From positions 1-64,000 of the IMG/VR virus record IMGVR_UViG_3300021963_005763: a stretch of 64,000 nt of DNA; one strand, written 5' to 3'. Below the pieces are notes generated by a model. It was not told the origin of the DNA. It ran no database searches and worked only from the letters and a program-made list of their open reading frames with translations. Both the position numbers and the translations under genes were made by a program. This stretch comes from a virus. Positions 56,942 through 64,000 of this stretch are shown here, in pieces (position 1 is the first letter of the stretch; each line of letters starts with the position of its first letter).

Positions 56942-57970
56942 ATGACGAAGTTTGAACAACTTCTAGACTACATTGTTAACGAAGAACATGATAAAGCCAA
57001 TGAGCTTTTTCATGAAATCGTTGTAGAAAAATCTAGAGAAATTTACGAAAATTTAATTGCCGAAGAACAAGATGAAGATATGGACGAAGCTTCTGAAGAA
57101 GAAGCAGATGAGTCTGTAGATGAAGCAGCTGATGAAGAAATGGATGAGTCAGAAGAAGAAATGGACGAATCTGCTGACGAGGAAATGGATGAAGGTGAAG
57201 ACGAAGAAGCCGATGAAAGCATGGATCTAGAAGATTCATATATGATGGACGGTGACGACGAAGAGCCTATGGGCGGAATGGACGACATGGGTGGTGATGC
57301 CACAGATGACCTAGAAGGTGATGTTAGTGCCGACAGCCCAGAAGAAGAATTAAAAATGAGCATTAAAAATGCTATGGCAGAACTACAGGCTGCGTTTGAC
57401 GCTGCTGAAGATATGTCAGGCGGAGACATGGGCGGTGATGATGAATTCTCTGCCGGTGACGATGACATGGGCGACGAGATGCCAAAAGAGGATGATATGA
57501 TGGGCTTTATGGAAGGTCGTCGTATGACTCGTGAGTATATTGAAAAAGTTGGTAATGATTGGGACAAAGGTTCAAGTCAAAAACAACAGGCTAAACATGT
57601 TGGTGCAGGTTCAGGTGAAACAGCAAGTGCCCCCTCAGAAGGACGCAGTCCAATCAGTAGCGGTTCTGGAAAACCTACAACAGGCGCACATGCTAAAAAT
57701 TTAGTACAACATCACGCAGAATCAGCTCCTGACGGTACAACACCACATGGTAAAGCAGGTGGATTTTTAAGTAGTGCTAAGGATATGGGCACAGGCAACG
57801 GTAACGTTCCTGGTGGTAAGATGGGCGTTAAGAATCTAAAGAAAGTCAGTGGAGGTCACGGTGCTGAGAAGAAAGGTTCTGGTCCAGGTCCAGTTGGTTC
57901 AGGAACAGGCGATAAAGCAGGCCAGACCAGCATGGGTAACCAAGCTCAATTGATCAAGCACATTAAGTAA
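56942..57970 (+). CDS. Prohead core protein (gp67/68-like position), acidic N-half and G/K-rich C-half
   Basis: Between portal and protease; repeated (M/V/A)DE(S/A/G) units; TAAATA at ~56894; AAGGAG RBS. Confidence 0.7.
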   Translation: MTKFEQLLDYIVNEEHDKANELFHEIVVEKSREIYENLIAEEQDEDMDEASEEEADESVDEAADEEMDESEEEMDESADEEMDEGEDEEADESMDLEDSYMMDGDDEEPMGGMDDMGGDATDDLEGDVSADSPEEELKMSIKNAMAELQAAFDAAEDMSGGDMGGDDEFSAGDDDMGDEMPKEDDMMGFMEGRRMTREYIEKVGNDWDKGSSQKQQAKHVGAGSGETASAPSEGRSPISSGSGKPTTGAHAKNLVQHHAESAPDGTTPHGKAGGFLSSAKDMGTGNGNVPGGKMGVKNLKKVSGGHGAEKKGSGPGPVGSGTGDKAGQTSMGNQAQLIKHIK

Positions 57971-57983
57971 TTAGAGAATCTGG

Positions 57984-58616
57984 ATGAAACAAATTTCCTA
58001 TCTACGAGAACACCTGAGCTTCGATCAAGCTCAGGTGATTCTTGAATCTGACGACAAGGAAGGCAAAAATCTTTATCTTAAAGGTATTGCTATCCAAGGC
58101 GGTATTAGAAATGCAAATCAGCGTGTGTATCCTGTAGATGAAATAGAGCGTGCGGTGAAAACATTGAACGATCAAATTCAAAGTGGATATTCAGTGTTAG
58201 GTGAAGTAGACCATCCAGATGACCTTAAAGTAAATTTGGACCGAGTAAGCCACATGATAACACAGATGTGGATGGAAGGTCCTAATGGATATGGGAAGAT
58301 GAAAATTCTTCCCACTCCTATGGGCAACTTAATTCGTACCATGTTAGAAAGCGGTGTAAAACTTGGTGTCAGTTCAAGAGGCAGCGGCAACGTTGATGAC
58401 TATTCTGGCAAAGTATCCGATTTTGAAATTATTACGGTTGACATAGTAGCCCAGCCCAGCGCACCTGGTGCCTATCCTACTCCTGTTTATGAGCATTTGA
58501 TGAACATGAGAGGTGGAAACAAAGCATTAAAGGTTGCAAAAGAAGTAAAAGAAGATCCAAAGGCCCAGAAATATCTTCAAGAAAGTCTCTTGAATATTAT
58601 TAAAGGTCTAAAATAA
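57984..58616 (+). CDS. gp21: Prohead protease, gp21-like
   Basis: LYLKGIAIQG..NANQRVYP, GEVDHP, LGVSSRGSG, DIVAQPSAPGA. Confidence 0.95.
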   Translation: MKQISYLREHLSFDQAQVILESDDKEGKNLYLKGIAIQGGIRNANQRVYPVDEIERAVKTLNDQIQSGYSVLGEVDHPDDLKVNLDRVSHMITQMWMEGPNGYGKMKILPTPMGNLIRTMLESGVKLGVSSRGSGNVDDYSGKVSDFEIITVDIVAQPSAPGAYPTPVYEHLMNMRGGNKALKVAKEVKEDPKAQKYLQESLLNIIKGLK

Positions 58617-58634
58617 GCCCGAGGAGAAACATAA

Positions 58635-59723
58635 ATGTTGGACGCATTCAAAAAATTAGTAGAGAGCGGCGCAATTTCAGAAGATGTTGGATCTGAACTG
58701 CAGAATGCTCTTGCTGCTAAACTTCAAGAGAATCGCGACCAAGTAACCGCTGAACTTCGTGAAGAATTTGCTCAGAAGTACAATCATGACAAAAGTTTAA
58801 TGGTTGAAGCAATCGACAAGATGTTAAGCGACAGATTGGCCGCAGAAATGGCCGAACTGCATGAAGACAAAAAAGCTCTATCAGAAGCAAAAGCACAGTA
58901 CAAACAACGTATCAGTGAAGATGCTAAGAAATTAGAAAGTTTTGTAATCAAGCAACTAGGCAAAGAGTTAGTAGAATTTCAAGGTGATCGTAAGAAGGTC
59001 AGTGAGAATTTTACAAAACTAGAACAGTTTGTTGTACATGCCTTAGCTAAGGAAATAAATGAATTTGCCATAGATAAGCGTGATTTAGCTGAAACAAAAG
59101 TTAAATTAATTCGCGATTCTAAAGCAAAGTTCGAAAGTATTAAGGCTGAGTTTGTAAGCAAGGCTTCAAAGTTAGTAGAAAATGTAGTAACAAGTAAATT
59201 GAATTCTGAAATTAGCCAACTAAAAGAAGATATTCATAGCGCTCGTAATAACGACTTTGGACGTAGAATTTATGAAGCTTTTGCGCAGGAATATTCTGCT
59301 TCTTATCTAAATGAAAAATCTGAAACTAGTAAATTATTAAAGATTATTCAAAAGAAAGAACATGAACTTGCCGAAGCTCAAAAAGCAATAGCTGAAAAGA
59401 CAACCATTGTAGAATCAAAAGATCGCGAAATTCGCGTTACAAAAGATTTAATGGAACGTAAACAAGCTATGAATGAATTGTTATCACCATTAGGTGCTGA
59501 CAAAAGGGAGCTGATGCATACGCTTCTAGAGTCTGTACAGACAAAAGATCTTGCAAAGGCATATGAGAAATACCTACCAACAGTGATGGAAGGCGAAATT
59601 AGGAAGACAGAAAAGAAACCTGTTCTAACCGAAGGAACCGAAGTAACTGGTAATCGTGAAGCAAAGCCCGAGGTAGGCTTAGATAACATTATAGACATCC
59701 GCAAATTAGCGGGTCTAAAATAA
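58635..59723 (+). CDS. gp22: Major prohead scaffolding protein, gp22-like
   Basis: Long E/K-rich coiled coil between protease and MCP; GRRIYEAF; ends IRKLAGLK. Confidence 0.85.
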   Translation: MLDAFKKLVESGAISEDVGSELQNALAAKLQENRDQVTAELREEFAQKYNHDKSLMVEAIDKMLSDRLAAEMAELHEDKKALSEAKAQYKQRISEDAKKLESFVIKQLGKELVEFQGDRKKVSENFTKLEQFVVHALAKEINEFAIDKRDLAETKVKLIRDSKAKFESIKAEFVSKASKLVENVVTSKLNSEISQLKEDIHSARNNDFGRRIYEAFAQEYSASYLNEKSETSKLLKIIQKKEHELAEAQKAIAEKTTIVESKDREIRVTKDLMERKQAMNELLSPLGADKRELMHTLLESVQTKDLAKAYEKYLPTVMEGEIRKTEKKPVLTEGTEVTGNREAKPEVGLDNIIDIRKLAGLK

Positions 59724-59742
59724 TTCAAGGAGAAGACATAAA

Positions 59743-60918
59743 ATGTCAAAACTTTTAAATGAAAGATGGTCAGAGACCAAAGACGCTCTGCTTGAAGGCC
59801 TACAAGGTAACCGTCGTCAATCTATGGCAGTTTGCTTGGAAAACACACGTCGTTACTTGGCTGAAGCAGCAACAGCAGGTGCAACCAGCACTGGTAACAT
59901 TGCTACATTAAATCGTGTGATTCTACCGGTAATCCGTCGTGTAATGCCAACAGTTATTGCTAACGAAATTGTTGGTGTACAACCAATGACAGGTCCAGTT
60001 GGTCAAATTCATACTCTACGTGTTCGTTACGCTGACAGCGGTAACAATGTTGTAGCAGGTGAAGAAGCACTAAGCCCATTCAAGATTGCTGCTGCTTATT
60101 CTGGTAACGATGTTGACGCAACTCCTAAAGCACAGGTAACAAGTGCTCTAGAAGGTGCACCAGGTAAGCGTATGAGCATTCAGATCTTGAAAACACCAGT
60201 TGAAGCTAAGAGCCGTAAGCTATCAGCTCGCTGGACATTCGAGGCTGCACAAGATGCACAGGCACAACAAGGTATTGATATCGAAGCAGAAATCATGGCT
60301 GCTCTAGCTCAAGAAATCACAGCTGAGATTGACCAAGAAATCCTAGCTTCTCTACGTGGTCTTGCTGCTGTTGAAGAAACATATGACCAGTCATTAGTTT
60401 CTGGTACAGCTACATTCGTTGGTGACGAGCATGCCGCTCTTGCTATTCAGATCAATCGTGTAAGCAACTTAATTGCTCAGCGTACACGTCGTGGTTCTGC
60501 TAACTGGGCAGTTGTTTCTAACCAGGCTCTAACAATTCTACAGAGCGCAACAACTAGTGCGTTTGCTCGTACTACAGAAGGCACATTTGAAGCACCTACA
60601 AACACCAAGTTTGTTGGTACATTGAATGGCGCAATGCGTGTATATGTAGATGCATACATGAGTGACACCAGTGACAACAACCAAGTCTTAGTTGGTTATA
60701 AGGGTACAAGCGAAGCTGATGCTGCTGCTTTCTATTGCCCATATATACCTTTAATGAGTTCTGGTGTTGTTCTAGATCCAGCAACATTCGAGCCAGTAGT
60801 TGGCTTCTTAACACGTTACGGATATGTTGAGTTAACAAACACAGCTAGCTCTCTTGGTAACGCTGCCGACTATCTAGGTAAGGTTGCAATCACATCTGCT
60901 AATGTAAGCTTCAAATAA
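59743..60918 (+). CDS. gp23: Major capsid protein, gp23-like
   Basis: VIRRVMP..IA.EIVGVQPMTGPVGQI, SRKLSARWTFEAAQD, EITAEIDQE, FYCPYIPL, TFEPVVGFLTRYG. Confidence 0.97.
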   Translation: MSKLLNERWSETKDALLEGLQGNRRQSMAVCLENTRRYLAEAATAGATSTGNIATLNRVILPVIRRVMPTVIANEIVGVQPMTGPVGQIHTLRVRYADSGNNVVAGEEALSPFKIAAAYSGNDVDATPKAQVTSALEGAPGKRMSIQILKTPVEAKSRKLSARWTFEAAQDAQAQQGIDIEAEIMAALAQEITAEIDQEILASLRGLAAVEETYDQSLVSGTATFVGDEHAALAIQINRVSNLIAQRTRRGSANWAVVSNQALTILQSATTSAFARTTEGTFEAPTNTKFVGTLNGAMRVYVDAYMSDTSDNNQVLVGYKGTSEADAAAFYCPYIPLMSSGVVLDPATFEPVVGFLTRYGYVELTNTASSLGNAADYLGKVAITSANVSFK

Positions 60919-60943
60919 TTGCTTATATACAGAGTATAACATT

Positions 60944-60965
60944 AAGCCCGCCATGCGGGCTTTTT
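60944..60965 (+). terminator. Rho-independent terminator after MCP
   Basis: AAGCCCGC-CAT-GCGGGC-TTTTT. Confidence 0.88.
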
Positions 60966-60981
60966 GTTAACAGCCTTAACA

Positions 60982-61020
60982 GGTTTATGCGGTACCCGCC
61001 GCGTAGTGGCTAGAACCCAC
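60982..61020 (+). promoter_or_regulatory. Compact structured 5' leader (two hairpins, possible pseudoknot)
   Basis: TATGCGGT-ACCC-GCCGCGTA and GTGG-CTAGAAC-CCAC; 5' GGTT can pair with AACC at the second hairpin. Confidence 0.5.
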
Positions 61021-61039
61021 ATACATTGAGGAGAAACAA

Positions 61040-61753
61040 ATGGGACGTCCGATTAAAGAAAAGTTTTTTGGTAATACAAATTCACCTTACACAAATGTAG
61101 CAAGAGGTGGAACATCAGGAGTAGGTGGGGAAGGATTTGGTGCTGTTGCAATTTTAAATACAGCAACAAATAGCGGATATTCTACTTCTACAACTGTTAC
61201 ATGGACAGGAAGCACACCGCAAGTTCCGGGTGGTGTAGCAGCTAGCGGTACTGCAAATGTGCAATTTATTGGTGGAACTGGGCGTATTCAAAGTCTTAAT
61301 ATAACTACCGCTGGTACTGGTTATACATCAACATCTAGCGTTACTATAACATTTAGCCCAGCAACAGGTGGTACTGCTGCTACGTATGCTATTACTGCTT
61401 TAACATCAAGTCGCCAAAATGCGTTGAGAGGTTTCGCATACCTAACGACTGGAAGTAGTGCTGTTCCTTATGATATTATGGAACAAAGAAGTAGCCGCAG
61501 GTATTTAGTGAACACAAGTCAAGGTAGGGGCGTGGTTAAATTAGCTACTACTACAACCTTAACAGCAGGAACAATGAATTTAGAAGCTACTGATGCAAAT
61601 AGTAATAAGTATCTTGTTAAGAAATTAACAGGACGCCGTGCTGTTCTTGTAAGAACAACAGCTAGCGGAGCTTGGTTATTTGCTACAAATGCTGCCGCAG
61701 GGTGGACATTTAATTCTGCGAGCACAGGCACAGTTAGTTTAGCAAATAATTAA
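61040..61753 (+). CDS. Probable capsid decoration / virion protein
   Basis: Follows MCP; GAGGAG RBS; T/G/A-rich with GTGYTS..VTI motif. Confidence 0.65.
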   Translation: MGRPIKEKFFGNTNSPYTNVARGGTSGVGGEGFGAVAILNTATNSGYSTSTTVTWTGSTPQVPGGVAASGTANVQFIGGTGRIQSLNITTAGTGYTSTSSVTITFSPATGGTAATYAITALTSSRQNALRGFAYLTTGSSAVPYDIMEQRSSRRYLVNTSQGRGVVKLATTTTLTAGTMNLEATDANSNKYLVKKLTGRRAVLVRTTASGAWLFATNAAAGWTFNSASTGTVSLANN

Positions 61754-61774
61754 TTTTATTAAGGTGGTGATTTC

Positions 61775-61800
61775 AAGGGGCTTAGGCCCCTTTTTGTTTT
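61775..61800 (+). terminator. Rho-independent terminator
   Basis: AAGGGGC-TTAG-GCCCC-TTTTTGTTTT. Confidence 0.85.
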
Positions 61801-61814
61801 TGGTAAATACTGGT

Positions 61815-62339
61815 ATGGCTACTCCTTGGACTTTTCCATCAACAGTTACGCAATATGCTCAGACCGGAGCAGAACAAGCCCATATTTCTTGGTTGGAAAT
61901 AGATAATTTCAGTGCTTTAAAAAGTTTAAATCAACAACATATTAAAACCACCAGAGACCTTGTTCATATTGCTAGAGATCCTAGACATGATATTGTAGAA
62001 AAAACATACTATCTTAAACTTACAAATTTTGTTTTTCAAAATTTACCAAGTACACTGTCCGGTATCCAAGTAAGATTAACTATGAAAAGATTTGGTAGAA
62101 TCACAGACGATGAAATTTTTCTTTGTCTTAATAATGATATTGTAGGGGATAATTTTGGTGACCTGGATTTGTCCCCTACTAAAATTTATGGAAGCGAAAC
62201 TGATACATGGAACACATCACTTACAATATCAGATGTTCAACATTCTTCTTTTGGAGTTGTATTAAGATTCAAAAGTCATCCTCAATGGCCGCATAAGTCC
62301 AGCGCACTTATTGACGCAATTGAAATAAGAGTTCATTAA
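61815..62339 (+). CDS. Hypothetical virion protein (beta-sandwich-like)
   Basis: The track start at 61764 runs through a terminator; the likely start is ATG 61815, 5 nt after TAAATA. Confidence 0.7.
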   Translation: MATPWTFPSTVTQYAQTGAEQAHISWLEIDNFSALKSLNQQHIKTTRDLVHIARDPRHDIVEKTYYLKLTNFVFQNLPSTLSGIQVRLTMKRFGRITDDEIFLCLNNDIVGDNFGDLDLSPTKIYGSETDTWNTSLTISDVQHSSFGVVLRFKSHPQWPHKSSALIDAIEIRVH

Positions 62340-62364
62340 AATAAATACATTGAGGAAAACTTAA

Positions 62365-64000
62365 ATGCCAGTAAATGTTCTTAATATACCAGGTGATTAC
62401 TATATTACAGCCAATAATGGCCTAATTCAGGTAAAAGCAGGCCAAAGTGTTACTAATCAAGCCGGGTCATATCTATTAAATACCGCAGGGTCATACCTGC
62501 GTAATAATGCTGGATCTTTTTTAGAAAATGTTGCTGGTACATCACTAACAAATACGGCTGGTACTTCTCTCACAAATACTGCAGGAACAAATCTTACTAA
62601 CGTAGCTTCTGGAATTTTAGCTAACTCTGCTGGCACAAACATGACCAATAATGCCGGCGGGAATATGGTTAATGTTGCCGTTGGAAATATTACGAACCAG
62701 GCTGGGGGTAATCTAACCAATCAGGTCACAGGTAATTTTGATAATACAATAAGCGGAAATTTTAATAATGTTATTACTGGTAGCATTTTAAATTTATCTA
62801 ATAATAATATAACTAATAATGCTATAGGTAATATTTCAAATGTAAGTCAAAATTTTTCAATTTATGCAGATGTTATTCAACTAGGTGAAAATTCTGCTGA
62901 TAAAATAAATCCAGTTGGCTTGTTTAATAATAATCTTGTCCCAGATGTAGATATTACCTATGATTTCGGTACAAGTTTAATTTCCTGGCGTAAAGTTTAT
63001 GCTGAAGAATCATATCTAAAAGGTACCGATAACGTTGATAATCCCTATCTACGTCCATACAATCCGGCAGATATTTATGGTACAGCGGCTCAAAGACAAG
63101 CCGGTGCATTTTACGTAGCAGGTGGTGTAGGTATTGAAAAAGACCTAAACGTAGGTGGTTTCATCTACGGCCGAGTAGAAACTGCTAATACTAGTCTAAG
63201 TATCAACGTAACAGCAACAAATGTAGATCAAGTGTTTTATTCTACATTTGCTGTGAACACAGGCAATCAATTCTTGTTCATAGATAATGCTGGACCTTTT
63301 GGTGGATTTACCTATAACCCCAGTGAAGGAAAACTAACAGTTGATCGTGCCCGTGTTGCGCAAACTGATAATTCAGTTTCTACAATGACAGGTGCCTTTA
63401 CAATTACTGGTGGTGTAGGTATTGGGAAAGATGTTTATGTTGGTGGAAATATTCTACCTGGAGCAGTGAACACAGGCAGTCTAGGTAAACAAGATCTAGA
63501 ATGGTACCAAGGTTATATTGACAACCTATATACAAAAGTTATTGGTAGCACAGCCAGTAATTTAACTGTAGCCCCAGGTAGCGGTATGACTGATGTATTT
63601 GGGGACATCAGAGTACGCGGTACTAACCCAATAGGCACTGCACCTGTTGTTAGAAATACATTATACGTAACTATGGACGGCAATGATACCAATGATGGTA
63701 GAGCAATGGATGCTAGCCGTGCTTGTAGAACAATTGGTGGAGCTCTTAGAAGTCCTTATTATCAGGAAGGTACACAGATCTTAGTCAGCGCAGGGCACTA
63801 CCTAGAAGACAATCCCCTACCTATGAAACGCTATACAAGCATTCGTGGTAGTGATATTAGAACAACTTTTATTGAACCAATCAATAAGACGCAGGATCTT
63901 TTTCATGTCAATAGTGGATGTTATTTAAATTACATGACATTCTTAAATGGTCGTAGCGGATTACTAGAAGGACCATATGAACAAGGCTTTAATCGTGGTG
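62365..64000 (+). CDS. Fibre/spike protein with octapeptide repeats and pectin-lyase-like beta-helix, 3' truncated and absent from the ORF track
   Basis: ATAAATA and GAGG RBS, ATG 62365, open to window end: MPVNVLNIPGDY..(N.AG..L.)n..GGVGIEKDLNVGG..LYVTMDGNDTNDGR..ACRTIGGAL..ILVSAGHYLEDNP..SIRGSDIRTT. Confidence 0.85.
   Translation, partial: MPVNVLNIPGDYYITANNGLIQVKAGQSVTNQAGSYLLNTAGSYLRNNAGSFLENVAGTSLTNTAGTSLTNTAGTNLTNVASGILANSAGTNMTNNAGGNMVNVAVGNITNQAGGNLTNQVTGNFDNTISGNFNNVITGSILNLSNNNITNNAIGNISNVSQNFSIYADVIQLGENSADKINPVGLFNNNLVPDVDITYDFGTSLISWRKVYAEESYLKGTDNVDNPYLRPYNPADIYGTAAQRQAGAFYVAGGVGIEKDLNVGGFIYGRVETANTSLSINVTATNVDQVFYSTFAVNTGNQFLFIDNAGPFGGFTYNPSEGKLTVDRARVAQTDNSVSTMTGAFTITGGVGIGKDVYVGGNILPGAVNTGSLGKQDLEWYQGYIDNLYTKVIGSTASNLTVAPGSGMTDVFGDIRVRGTNPIGTAPVVRNTLYVTMDGNDTNDGRAMDASRACRTIGGALRSPYYQEGTQILVSAGHYLEDNPLPMKRYTSIRGSDIRTTFIEPINKTQDLFHVNSGCYLNYMTFLNGRSGLLEGPYEQGFNRG
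62440..62845 (+). repeat. Degenerate 24-bp / 8-aa tandem repeat, about 16 units
   Basis: NQAGSYLL NTAGSYLR NNAGSFLE NVAGTSLT NTAGTSLT NTAGTNLT NVASGILA NSAGTNMT NNAGGNMV NVAVGNIT NQAGGNLT NQVTGNFD NTISGNFN... Confidence 0.85.

Noticed and set aside
57043-57567. 174-aa Ser-rich antisense ORF, and similar shadow ORFs (53977-54459, 13997-14332, 41742-42110, 8747-9142, 62457-62720)
   Set aside because: Reverse-frame shadows of biased or repetitive real genes, with no RBS or recognisable motifs.
60966-61020. Twister/HDV-like ribozyme or preQ1 riboswitch
   Set aside because: I could not match the conserved catalytic or ligand-binding nucleotides by eye.
1-64000. Alternative genetic code, tRNA genes, introns/inteins, integrase or transposase
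   Set aside because: Long ORFs are intact under code 11 with dense tiling, and I saw no cloverleaf, splice-junction or recombinase motifs.

Overview
This 64 kb window is part of a large, AT-rich, T4-like contractile-tailed phage genome (Caudoviricetes) read with the standard genetic code. AGGAG-type ribosome-binding sites and sigma70-type early promoters point to a host that uses Shine-Dalgarno initiation, probably a proteobacterium (inference). Layout: (i) 1-11.2 kb, mostly + strand: glycosyltransferase, ClpP, radical SAM (- strand), QueE, RNase H/5'-3' exonuclease, MoxR-like AAA plus metallopeptidase-VWA, ThyA and several hypotheticals. (ii) 11.2-43.9 kb, - strand: baseplate and fibre genes (gp48/54-, gp53-, gp27-, gp5-, gp25- and gp6-like, a 4237-aa giant wedge protein, fibre paralogues). 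(iii) 44-48.7 kb: gp55 late sigma factor, gp47/gp46 nuclease, Hc1-like protein and a small GIY-YIG nuclease. (iv) A ~420-nt GC-rich, hairpin-dense non-coding element at 48.7-49.1 kb. (v) Probable internal virion proteins, a gp26-like/gp51-like chaperone pair linked by a -1 slippery site, tape measure, portal, core, prohead protease, scaffold, major capsid protein, and a fibre/spike gene running off the end. Best leads: the large structured RNA or ssDNA element directly behind the GIY-YIG gene; a lambda G/GT-type -1 frameshift joining the gp26-like and gp51-like ORFs; apparently leaderless late transcripts; a small protein ending in an SSB-type DDIPF tail; and a possible deazaguanine-plus-glycosylation DNA modification module. 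All family calls come from motifs and synteny read by eye; no database search was run.
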